From Selaginella moellendorffii (taxonomy: Eukaryota > Plantae > Lycopodiophyta): a DNA stretch of 64,000 nt. The first letter of the stretch is position 1. Each line of letters starts with the position of its first letter. The position numbers were made by a program, and so were the translations under genes. The stretch lies in assembly GCF_000143415.4 (NCBI RefSeq), contig NW_003314261.1, positions 3,526,880 to 3,590,879 on the forward strand. Reading direction: 5' to 3'. The notes under the pieces are model-generated. The model had not been told where the DNA came from. It did no database searches and was given only the letters and a program-made list of their open reading frames with translations. Positions 36,531 to 47,299 of the stretch are shown piece after piece.

Positions 36531-38507
36531 TTAGGGTTCTTGGGAGGAGCGCTTCGAGACTTCCTCGGCAGCGCGACGCCCTCTCCATACATCCGCCTGG
36601 AGATTGCTCGCCCCGAGCAGCGACGACCACGCCACAATCCCAGGTTCGAATGGCATGCTCGCGATAAGCTCCTCGGATCTCCCAAGCTGCCCCGACCGGG
36701 CGAGGAGATCGATCACACACACGTAGTGCGCCCCCCACGGATCCATCCCAAAATCGCTGCTCAGCGATGCGAAGAGGCTCAATCCCTTGTCCAGCAATCC
36801 GCCATGGCTACACGCGTAGAGCGCGGTCACGAACGCGATTGGATCGGCGCCGAATCCCTCCAGCGCCATTCGCCCAAAGATCTCCACCGCCGCCGCGGTG
36901 CCGCCAGCCCCGCTCCTGGCTCTGGCGGCGAGAACAGCACTCCAGGAAACCGTGTTCTTCCGCGGCATCTTCTCGAAGATCGCCATGGCCGTCTCCCACC
37001 GCCCGCATTTGCCATAGAGATCCACAAGCGCGCTCGCCACGATCACATCCCAGGCAAATCCGGCATCGATCGCCATGGAGTGAATGATCTTGCCCAGCGC
37101 GAGCGATGAGAGGGCCGCACAAGCATCGATGGCGCTGGCAAGGCTGGATTGCTCGGGCGGGATGCCCTCCAGATCCATCCGGCAAAACAGCGCCAGCGCC
37201 TCTCTGGAATGCCCATTTCGAGCATACGCAGAGATAATCGCGCTCCAAGCGACGCTGTCCCGGTCTGGGATCAAATCAAACGCGTGCTTGGCCTGGATCA
37301 CATCGCCAAATTCGCCATAGCCGGATATCATCAAGATCCACGACACTGGATCCCAGACGGGCATCGATTCTAGCAGCGATTCCGCGTCCTCCATTCGCCC
37401 CGACTGGCAATACGCCGCGATCATAGTGTTCCACGACACGAGATCGCGCTCGGGCATGCGATCGAACAGTCTCCTGGCGCCGATCGCATCGCCACTCCGC
37501 GAGTGGATCGTCATGATCGTGTTCCAGCTGATGAGATTCTTCTGGGGCATCTCAGCGAAGATCTCCCGCGCACTCTCTTGCCCTACCGCCACCATCGCCG
37601 CGGTGGAAGAAACCACGTCTCTCTCGGGCATGGAGAGGAATATCTCCCGCGCGCTTTCCACGTGGCCTGCCTCCGCGAACGATTGGAGCATCGAGTTCCA
37701 CGTCACGATGTCCCTGTGGGGAATCTCATCGAACACTTGCTTGGCATTTGCCAGATGCCCATTCCGGGCATATGCCACGAGAAGGGCATTCCAGGATTCC
37801 AGGACGAGCGCATTCTGTGAGGATCGATGGAGAGTCTGTGATCGATCGAACAGGCTCTTGACCTCGATGAGATTGCCGATCTGGGCGTAAGCGCTCCCCA
37901 TCGCGATCCAGGAGACAGCATCGCGATCCGGCATTTGATCGAAGATCGCTCTCGCCCGGGAGAGATCTCCGCTCCTCGCGTACGCCGCGACAAGCGCGGT
38001 GGAGGAGATCATGCTGTGCTGCGGCATTCGATCGAATAGCTCCTGCGCTCGATCCAAGCGCCCGTTTAGAGCACAAGCCTGGACAATTGCGTTCCAGGAT
38101 ATCTCGTCGCGCTGCTGATCGGGGATATGGGCGAAGAGATGGCAGGCATCGTCTAATCTACCGTGCTGGGCGTAAGCGGAGATAATCGTGTTCCACGACA
38201 CGGAGTTTCTTTTGGGCATTCGATCGAAGAGGCTACGGGCGTCTTCCAAATGCCCATTCGCGGCATTTGCAGCTATGACAATGTTCCAGGTAAAAGGATT
38301 GGGCCTGTCGATTGCTTGGAACACCAATCTCGCGCCTTGGATGCTTCCGCATTTCCCATACATATCGATGAGAAGATTGCAAAGGTAGCGATTGCGATCG
38401 AGGCGGCTGTGAATGATCCTCTGGTGAATTTGCTTGCCAGTGCTGAGATCCTTCGATTGGGCACACAATTTGAGGACATCAGCGAATATCTGGGCATCAG
38501 TGGGCAT
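36531..38507 (-). CDS. PLS-class PPR protein with a shortened E domain; intronless
   Basis: 658-aa ORF of PPR motifs ending FVTALYACSHGG...VIDLLARSG...AWSSLLGAS; stops soon afterwards. Confidence 0.92.
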   Translation of the reverse strand: MPTDAQIFADVLKLCAQSKDLSTGKQIHQRIIHSRLDRNRYLCNLLIDMYGKCGSIQGARLVFQAIDRPNPFTWNIVIAANAANGHLEDARSLFDRMPKRNSVSWNTIISAYAQHGRLDDACHLFAHIPDQQRDEISWNAIVQACALNGRLDRAQELFDRMPQHSMISSTALVAAYARSGDLSRARAIFDQMPDRDAVSWIAMGSAYAQIGNLIEVKSLFDRSQTLHRSSQNALVLESWNALLVAYARNGHLANAKQVFDEIPHRDIVTWNSMLQSFAEAGHVESAREIFLSMPERDVVSSTAAMVAVGQESAREIFAEMPQKNLISWNTIMTIHSRSGDAIGARRLFDRMPERDLVSWNTMIAAYCQSGRMEDAESLLESMPVWDPVSWILMISGYGEFGDVIQAKHAFDLIPDRDSVAWSAIISAYARNGHSREALALFCRMDLEGIPPEQSSLASAIDACAALSSLALGKIIHSMAIDAGFAWDVIVASALVDLYGKCGRWETAMAIFEKMPRKNTVSWSAVLAARARSGAGGTAAAVEIFGRMALEGFGADPIAFVTALYACSHGGLLDKGLSLFASLSSDFGMDPWGAHYVCVIDLLARSGQLGRSEELIASMPFEPGIVAWSSLLGASNLQADVWRGRRAAEEVSKRSSQEP

Positions 38508-38918
38508 CGCCCAAGAACCCTAGGCTCCAATGGCACCAAAGTCTGTCCAATGGCTGCTAATTCTTCCTTCCAGGAAGAACTTAAACTCTCCCACATTAAA
38601 GAAGAGCGAAGAAGATGCGAAGAAAGAAAGGATATAAAGGGAGAGAACTACCAACACGGGGCAGGCGATGGAGCGATGGATCGATCGATATTTCATTGCT
38701 TTGAAGATCGATCACTACCTATTTCCACCCACCGGTTTTAAATGCAAATAGAAACGCTTCCCTCCTCTCCTTTGTGTGTGTACTCCTCTTCTGCCAGGCC
38801 CAAATGTTCGTATGCCGTCGCGATCGATCGTCAGTTCCTTCCAGCGCGCTGTTAGATTGGATCAAAAGGCACTCCTTTTCTTCTCGCCTTCGATCGATCG
38901 GCGCTCTCGAATCTTGGT
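38035..38918. repeat. Segmental duplication copy A (PPR 5' end + upstream region)
   Basis: Near-identical to 42055-43001; the ORF track shows identical or near-identical peptides at 38188/42271 and 38273/42356. Confidence 0.93.
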
Positions 38919-38924
38919 TGAAAA

Positions 38925-39450
38925 AGTTGCGGACGTTGAAAAAGTCTAGAACCTATGCATCGCCGCATGAAAACGTCAAGCATTGGAGAGCAATTCGACC
39001 AGAAACTCACACTGAATATGTTCTCCAGAAGCTCATAGAAACGAGGATGCTCCTTAAACGGTTGAAACAACTCTTGTCTGTGCAAAAGCGCATACACAAC
39101 CTGGAAACGAAAGCTTAGGATAAGAAGCTCGCTACAAAGAGAATGCTCACCTTCGGTTTTCTAGGAATTAGGATCGTCCCAGAACAATGCGCGAAAAAAT
39201 CGGTGTAGATATGTAGCTCTGTTGGCCGCAAGAAAACTTGCATTATTGAAACATCTGTAGTCAATCCATCATTACCCAACCTTCAGAGGAACCTCTTCCA
39301 CCTGACCGAGCTTCGCAACCGCAACCTTGACGTTGATATTGGCGTCCACGACCTTCTTGTATCTGTATCAAGGAGAAAAGCTCTGAGTGAAAGGGAGTTT
39401 GATTACGACTCTTTGCGAGCATGTCGAAAAGGCTCACGAGCCTTTGTTGC
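38925..39450 (-). pseudogene. Intron-containing internal fragment of a dymeclin gene
   Basis: Exon-sized pieces translate QQRLVSLFDMLAK / YKKVV... / ELHIYTDF...PRKPK / [30 protein letters not shown] / VLDFFN, matching the plant dymeclin C-terminal region as I recall it. No start or proper end. Confidence 0.75.
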
Positions 39451-39702
39451 TTATGGCATCAATAATTAGTCCTATCTATATAATTCTATAGGGCTTCACT
39501 TCCTATTAATAGCAAGTGAAGCCTTCGACCGTGCTGACGTGGCAGTACTTCTTGGGGCGAATCAATTCTAGCGGCAGACTCTCCTACTAGAAAAGGTGTG
39601 CTTCCTTTTGGGTCCCGGTTTGACAGCCTCAGCAAATAGCAGATTAGCCTGGCTTTGAAAGAAATCTCAATTGCAGGGAAACTTCTCTAGCAAAAGCAAA
39701 AC

Positions 39703-41851
39703 TCAAATCCTGGAAGCGCTGCCGAGGCCGAGGAAAACTTCGATCCTTGGTGTACTCTCTGGGCCTGAACGCTTGCGGACAATTGTGGGCAGATCTTCAG
39801 CGGAATAATTTGCGGCATTTTTTAAAGCACCAAAGTGGTGTTCGTGCTGCACATAGGCACGAGCAAGCATGCAAATCCAAATGTTGCCAGTGACACCCAG
39901 CAGCTCTTGCATCCCGGCCCAGAGTTGCTGCCTGTCCTCGTCATACTCCACTCCACCAGCCGAGACGACTGCCTCTCTTATGCCATGACGTATCTCATCC
40001 GAGCTCGCTCCCAAGTCCCTCTGCGTGCTTGGAGACTGGATCCACGCCGCAAACGCCTCACAGATTCCTCTGGTGGAGTTGCTAATCGCAACAAAAACCC
40101 CTTTCCCACTGCGGGACACGCGCTGCCCCCCACGTCTGGTATACAGCAGTGACTTGCCTGTGACGATCCAAGCAAAAAGGATCACGATTGAGCAGAGAGA
40201 AAGGCACTGTATAGACTCACACTCTCGTTTCCACCTCTCACGATCAACGCTGGCGCCCAAGCAGTCCTCGAGGATCAGCTGCAGCAGCAAACTCGTAAGC
40301 GATGGATGGAATCATTCTCATGCTTACGTAAACTATGTAGAGGATCATGTCGGAAATCCGAGGTCTCCATATGCCCTCGTTGCGGCTGCCATCGTCGAAA
40401 CGGTGCCTTCGAAGCGTGTTTTCGGAGCTCGCGGTCCGGAAGAGTCCGTCCCAGGCTGCCGGCTTGATCGCCCCGAATTCTTCTAGAGAGCACGCGGTCA
40501 GGCATGGATCCCACTGCACGTTGGCGCAAATCTCCACGAAAAGGCTACCGTAGTCATTGCCAAAGACGGTGGCAGCCGCGTCACAAAGCTGGCGGCACTC
40601 GTCGCTGCTTCCCCGGCTCATCGTAGCCTGGATGTGCTCCACAATCGACTCCGATGATGTCGCTGCCGAGCACAGGGATTTGAGCTCGGCGTGGTCGCGG
40701 CATCCCTTCCTCGTGTGCATCCATGTAGAGATCAGGCGCGCTATCGGCACGCTCACGTCTGCGTACTCCTGGAAGAGCGGCTCCACGCGGTGGAAGTTGT
40801 AGTGGCCTTGGATCCACTGCTCGAGCCGGGCACGCATCTGGTTGTCCCATTGGATTTCTCCCGCTGCCATCACCTCCTGCCACACAGAAGCTTGAATGCT
40901 CTCTCAAATCAAAACGGTGTCAATCATCATACCTCCAACATCTGGCGCAGAGCGACGGTGATGTCCATGGACTTCCACTCTATCCTGGGCGCGTTCTCGA
41001 TGCAGGAACGTATCCGTTTGAGCTCGTCCAAGGATGCCGGGGAGAACTTTTCATCCTTCGGCGGTGCTTGTTTGCTCAGGAACAGCAGCAAGAGATTTTC
41101 CAGGGGTCCGGCTCCGCCACCGCCACCACGGTCACCTGCTATAGCCTGTGCTTCGAATGCGTCGAGCCATTCCAGCGGCTGCTTGTTGCTCTGCAGCTGG
41201 AGCAACAGCCAGGTGAAGACGACGACACAAACCTTGCCGCTCGCATCGAACAGGAGAGCGGCATCAGCAACGCAAGTGGGCGAGAGAGTGCAAGGAAACA
41301 ATATCGACACGATGGCTGTGGAAAAGGAACCAAGCTCTCAGTTTGAGAGGAATCCAAACAAGAGCTACCTGACACATATTCATCTGTGATGACCAATGGG
41401 AAAGACGATGGCGTCCGACTCCTCGAGCTGCAAAAAAGGAAAAACCATAACACTTTGCCACACGATCCAAACAAGCACTCACAAGGTGGAGGTCGGTCAG
41501 GGCGTACGTGCAGCGGCCTGTGCAGCACTCGGGGCGGGGATGAGGATTTCTAGATTGCTCTTGATGTGGGCTATGGCGCGTGAAGTAGTCGGCCGCGATG
41601 AAGAGGTGCAAGTAGCCATCCGGCACGGTAGCGCCAAGGACGCGTGCGACGGCCACAGTCCAGATCTTCCACTTGAGCTCCGACACAGTGGAAGAGACGG
41701 TGGAGTCGGGCAGGACTTCAAAGAACCACGCACCCGGGGGATGATCCAGCTCCAGCCCAAAGTGAGAGAACGTTGCCCCCACAACCATCAGCAGTCTGGA
41801 GCCTATGCCGCTGCGGAACCATTCGGCCACGCGATCGCCAACGCATGGCAT
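39703..41851 (-). pseudogene. Unknown multi-exon gene or degraded gene; possible ubiquitin-like segment near the 5' end
   Basis: Successive minus-strand ORFs (41264-41851, 40927-41310, 40244-40885, 39703-40290) are flanked by GT/AG sites, but I could not join them into one frame. Contains FEVLPDSTV..TVSELKWKIW...LHLFIAA. Confidence 0.35.
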
Positions 41852-42054
41852 CCACCACCGGAATCTTTCCTTCCATAGCCCTATGCCTAAAATAGGGTTT
41901 TTGCCTTGTAGTGTTTAAAGGTTCCAAGTCGTCTTCCTCGCATCAGCACCCTAACCAGCCGAGAGGAGCAAGTTAGTAGGACTACACGTTTGGTGTAGCA
42001 GCTCCGGCATAGCACAAGAGCTTCACTCCGAACGAGACCTCACCGTATAAAAAA

Positions 42055-43001
42055 AATAGCTCCTGCGCCCGTTTAGAGCACAAGCCTGGACGATTACGTT
42101 CCAGGATATCTGGTTGCACTGCTGATTGAGGATCTGGGCGATGTTAGGAACCTGGAGGTTTGGTGTGCTTGGCTGCTTGTGCCTGCGGGGAGTGTAACCA
42201 AACCTTAAGTCCAGTCTAGAGATGGCAGGCTTCGTCTAATCTGCCGTGTTGGGCGTAAGCTGAGATAATTGTGTTCCACGACACGGAGTTTCTTTTGGGC
42301 ATTCGATCGAAGAGGCTACGGGCCTCTTCCAAATGCCCATTCGCGGCATTTGCAGCTATGACAATGTTCCAGGTAAAAGGATTGGGCCTGTCGATTGCTT
42401 GGAACACCAATCTCGCGCCTTGGATGCTTCCGCATTTCCCATACATATCGATGAGAAGATTGCAAAGGTAGCGATTGCGATCGAGGCGGCTGTGAATGAT
42501 CCTCTGGTGAATTTGCTTGCCAGTGCTGAGATCCTTCGATTGGGCACACAATTTGAGGACATCAGCGAATATCTGGGCATCAGTGGGCATCGCCCAAGAA
42601 CCCTAGGCTCCAATGGCACCAAAGTCTGTCCAATGGCTGCTAATTCTTCCTTCCAGGAAGAACTTAAACTCTCCCACATTAAAGAAGAGCGAAGAAGATG
42701 CGAAGAAAGAAAGGATATAAAGGGAGAGAACTACCAACACGGGGCAGGCGATGGAGCGATGGATCGATCGATATTTCATTGCTTTGAAGATCGATCACTA
42801 CCTATTTCCACCCACCGGTTTTAAATGCAAATAGAAACGCTTCCCTCCTCTCCTTTGTGTGTGTACTCCTCTTCTGCCAAGCCCAAATGTTCGTATGCCG
42901 TCGCGATCGATCGTCAGTTCCTTCCAGCGCGCTGTTAGATTGGATCAAAAGGCACTCCTTTTTTTCTCGCCTTCGATCGATCGGCGCTCTGGAATCTTGG
43001 T
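42055..43001. repeat. Segmental duplication copy B; truncated PPR pseudogene (42216-42590) with a 76-bp insertion
   Basis: Copy of 38035-38918 with a 12-bp deletion and an insertion at 42142-42217 that begins TGTTAGGAA and supplies a stop. Confidence 0.9.
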
Positions 43002-43043
43002 GTTTGGTGGCGCGCAGTTCTCTCCCGCCTGCCTTGCAGTGCA

Positions 43044-46000
43044 ATGCATGAAAGCGCGCAAGAAATCCCCATTCCAGGCTTTCTGCAAGGCTCGATCTTC
43101 ACGCAGGGGGTGCGGAATTCTCAATCCGGCGCTCGCGATTCGCAAATGCCGGCCGGGAAGGATGAGATTTCGAGCGGCAGCGGCAGTGTTCCTGGGGAAA
43201 TTCCTCGCGCGGACGAGCAGGAAGAGGCGGCAAAATATTTCGAGGGATCGCACGAACAGCCGCTGGTGGATCAGCCGGGATTTGTCGAGCTTGTGATCGA
43301 TAGCGAGAGCTCCGGCAGCGCCATGGCTAGGAGCAATGCTCGCGTAATGCCGGTGGTGGAGGACGAGGATGCCAGTGCTGCCAGGAACAATGTGACTAGC
43401 GCGCTGGAGGGCCTCCGCTTTATCGACAAGCGCACGGAGAGCGCTGGGGACGAGGCGGTGTGGCACAGAGTGATGGAGCGATTCGAGAAGCTCTCGAGCA
43501 GCGATGGAAAGCTCCCGCCTGGCCGATTTGGCGCGTGCATTGGTATTTAGAGGACGATTTTCTTGGTTCTTGTGGAGTATTAGGTTTCTTTGATCGCAAT
43601 GCAGGGATGCCGGAGAGCGAGGAGTTTGCCGCGGAGCTCCTGGGCGTCTTGCGGCGCCGGAGAGCGCACTCCCGGGGCGTCACCACCAGCGCCGTCGAGG
43701 ATCGTCACGACATTGGCAAGGATGAGCTCTGGGATCTCTGGATGGATCTCACAGACAAGACGACCGCCTCGAGGATGCAAATCTTCTTCGATCTGTAAGG
43801 ATTTCTTTCTAGAAATGCCCTGTGATCGATCGATCGTGTGCTTCGCAGATGCGATCGAGACCGGGATGGAAAGATCAGTGGGTCGGAGCTAAAAAGTGTA
43901 CGTTCGAGCTAGTTTCGTATTTTCTCCAGGCTTATGGTTGATCACTCTCAGGCCATCCTTCTGAGCGCGTCGGCCAACCGACTCTCGATTCTCGACGAGC
44001 AGGCGGAGGAGTACGCGGCATTGTTGATGGAAGAACTGGATCGTGAGAAGAAAGGCGAAGTTGGCGTAAGTTTTTCTTTCTCGTCTTCGATTACATTCTT
44101 TACTCAAACTCGACTCGATCATCTTCATCACAGATATCACAGCTCGAGAGCTTATTAAGCAAGCGCGCCTTTGAGGCTGATTCGTTCCGGCAGCACTACC
44201 AGAGCCATTACCCGTGTAACGCCGAAAGGCTGGGGAGGCTACAGTTCCTTGCTTGCAGCACCAAGAATGCTTTCCAAGAGGATTGGCGTCGACTCTGGAT
44301 TGTTGGCGTGTGGTTTGGAGCCATGGCCGCGCTGTTTATGTGGAAGTCCATGCAGTACAGCTACCGGTCCGGCTTTGAAGTGATGGGGTATTGCGTGAGC
44401 ATGGCCAAAGGTGCTGCCGAGACACTCAAGCTCAACATGGCACTCATCCTTTTCCCTGTTTGTAGAAACACTATAACGTGGCTCCGCTCTACCAGGCTCG
44501 GCTCAGTGATTCCCTTCGATGACAGCATCAGCTTTCACAAGGTAAAAAAGTCCATTTCTTTTTTTCTGTAAGCTTCTTTGTTTACTGTTTTCATACACAG
44601 ACAGTGGCAGGAGCTATTTGTTTGGGAGTGCTTATTCACGGAGGAGCTCATTTGACCTGTGACTTCCCCCGCATTGCCAATGCAGAGTCGAAGACTTTCA
44701 TGCGTACTCTGGGAAGAGACTTTCACGGCTGCCAGCCTTCTATGCTGGGCATGGTCATGTCCGTCGAAGGCGTGACAGGGATCGCGATGGTTATATTGAT
44801 GGCCGTGTCGTTTCTTCTTGCGACCAACCTCGCGAGGAAGAACAGGCTCAAGCTCCGCCGACCCTTTGACAAACTTACCGGGTTCAACGTGTTCTGGTAT
44901 TCTCACCATCTGTTCGCCATTGTCTACGCTCTCTTGATTGTTCACTCGACATTACTTTTCCTCACGCACAAATGGTCAGAGAAAACGGTATGTGTGTCAG
45001 TATTTGTCAATATACTAATGTTTTTTCTCCATAGACGTGGTTGTACATTCTTGTTCCAACAGTTCTTTACATTGGAGAACGGTTTTTGAGAGTATCTAGA
45101 GCATGCATTTACAAGGTTGACATTGTACAGGTAATTATACTAATTTTTTGTAACTTACCAGATCAATGAACTCGTTTGTTTTCTAGGCTGCCATTTTTCC
45201 CGGAAATGTTTTGTCTCTTCACATGACAAAACCTCCCGGCTTTAAATACCAGAGTGGGATGTACATCTTTATTCAATGCCCCTCAATATCGCCATTCGAA
45301 TGGTAAGACCTTGAAACTTCTCGTATACAATGTTTACATGTATGCGATGTAGGCACCCGTTTTCAATCACGTCAGCACCAGGAGATGAACACCTCAGTGT
45401 TCATGTTCGCAGCTTGGGGGACTGGACGGAAGAGATCATGAGGACATTCGCAAAGGTGCACAATGATTCTCGATTGTGCTCGAGTTCTTACCACAGACAT
45501 TAGGAGATCGAAGCACAAGGAGAAGACAGTGGTGACGAAGGCGCACTCAGAAGGTAATGAGTGAAATTTTCTCAAAAGAAAACCGAAAGGCACAATCAAA
45601 CTGAATGCATGAACAGATTTCCAAAGCTTTACATAGATGGACCTTACGGAGCTGCAGCGCAGGATTACCGCAAATACGACGTGATGCTCCTTGTCGGACT
45701 TGGAATCGGGGCAACGCCGTTTATCAGCATTCTCAGGGACATGCTCAACACTCAGACGGGGAAGCCGGAGTACCAGCAGTCCCCGCGACGCTGTCCAAGC
45801 CACGCTTACTTCTACTGGGTGACCAAAGAACAAGGCTCCTTCCAGTGGTTCAAGGGGGTGATGAACGAGGTGGCCGAGATGGATCACAAGGTACAACACA
45901 ATTTTTTGTCTAAGTCTTCCTGAGCTATGCGTGTACATCCACAGGCAGTGATTGAAATGCACAACTATCTGACGTGCGTTCACGAGGAAGGAGACGCTCG

Positions 46001-46331
46001 CTCGGCCCTGATAACGCTCGTCCAGGCCCTCCATCACGCTAAGAGTGGCGTGGACATTGTCTCAGGAACTCGGGTATAGCCAAACTCTTTTTCTCCTTTT
46101 CGCTCTGAATTTGCCTGGTGCTAACGCGGTCCAGCGAAACAGGTTCGCACGCACTTTGCTCGGCCCAACTGGAACAAAGTTTTCGCGAGGCTGGCCGCAA
46201 ACCATCCCGGTGCCCGTGTCGGCGTGTTCTACTGCGGCATGGCCTCGGCAGCCAAGGAGCTGGAAGGAATCGCCTGGACCTTCTCGCAGAGAACCAGCAC
46301 CAGGTTTGAGTTTCGAAAGGAGAGCTTTTAA
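43044..46331 (+). CDS. RBOH: Respiratory burst oxidase homologue (NADPH oxidase), multi-exon
   Basis: EF-hand [78 protein letters not shown]; ends RFEFRKESF*. Confidence 0.95.
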
Positions 46332-46438
46332 AGGTTGCCACACCACTTATCCAACGTGGCGTTACTGCAGAATGCCACGTCATTGTTAATGTAATGACCG
46401 GGGTTTAAAACTAGGGTAAAATAGGATTAGGGCTTATA

Positions 46439-47017
46439 ATGGGTCAAGAGAACTTGTTGCCACCGCAGGTTGGCGCTCAGGTTGGCCGCCCAACTCTGGT
46501 GCTCGATCTTGACAACACTTTGATCGATGGAAGCGTCTCACGGCCCGGCCTCGATCAATTCCTCCACGCTGTCAAGGATTTGTATGAGGTTGTGCTATTC
46601 ACAGCAGGAACTCGAGAGTGTGCAGAGAAGATCGTGGATGAGATTGATCGAAAGCATGGGAGCATCGCACACCGGTTGTACGGGGATTCATGCGTGGATT
46701 TTGTGATCAAGCCAGCAGCTCTGCTAGGCCGGGACATGAAGAGGGTCGTGGTCGTGGATGACAAGCCCGAGATGTTCAAGAAGAATGTGGAGAATGCATT
46801 GCCCATCAAGCCCTTCTTCTCCAAAGGGAATGGTGACGATGAAGATGAGGAGCTGCTCAAGCTCATCCCTTTTCTCACCTTGCTTGCCAAGATGAATGAT
46901 TTTAGGGCTGCAATCTTCGAATGGAAAAAGCAGAAAACACAAAAGTCTTCTTCATCTGATGGTACAGCTGTGCCTAAGAAAAAAGGAGGAGCAACCACGA
47001 AGAAAAAAAGTCGTTAA
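46439..47017 (+). CDS. SCP/FCP1-like (NIF) HAD phosphatase; intronless, basic C-terminal tail
   Basis: TLVLDLDNTL (DxDxT), RPGLDQFL, LFTAG, HRLYGDSC, LGRDMKRVVVVDD, NALPIKPF. Confidence 0.85.
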   Translation: MGQENLLPPQVGAQVGRPTLVLDLDNTLIDGSVSRPGLDQFLHAVKDLYEVVLFTAGTRECAEKIVDEIDRKHGSIAHRLYGDSCVDFVIKPAALLGRDMKRVVVVDDKPEMFKKNVENALPIKPFFSKGNGDDEDEELLKLIPFLTLLAKMNDFRAAIFEWKKQKTQKSSSSDGTAVPKKKGGATTKKKSR

Positions 47018-47299
47018 TTAGAAATGTTGTCTCCCAAGGAGGATTAAAATTATAGTAAATAGTCTTTGGGCAATCAAGCAAAAGTAATAACACCCTTGTG
47101 TTTAAGTCCTTGTGATTTTATCATTGCCATAGCTGCTTGATGGAAGCTTATTTAAATCCAGCACTTACCCACTTTGCTTTTAAAACATCACCTCTTGAAT
47201 CTTGAAATAACTCTTTCACCAAAGCTCAAGTTTCCATATCTCGATTGTTTTATGATATTGTTTAGCAAATTCACTAATGGACTAATAGAAGCCACAATG

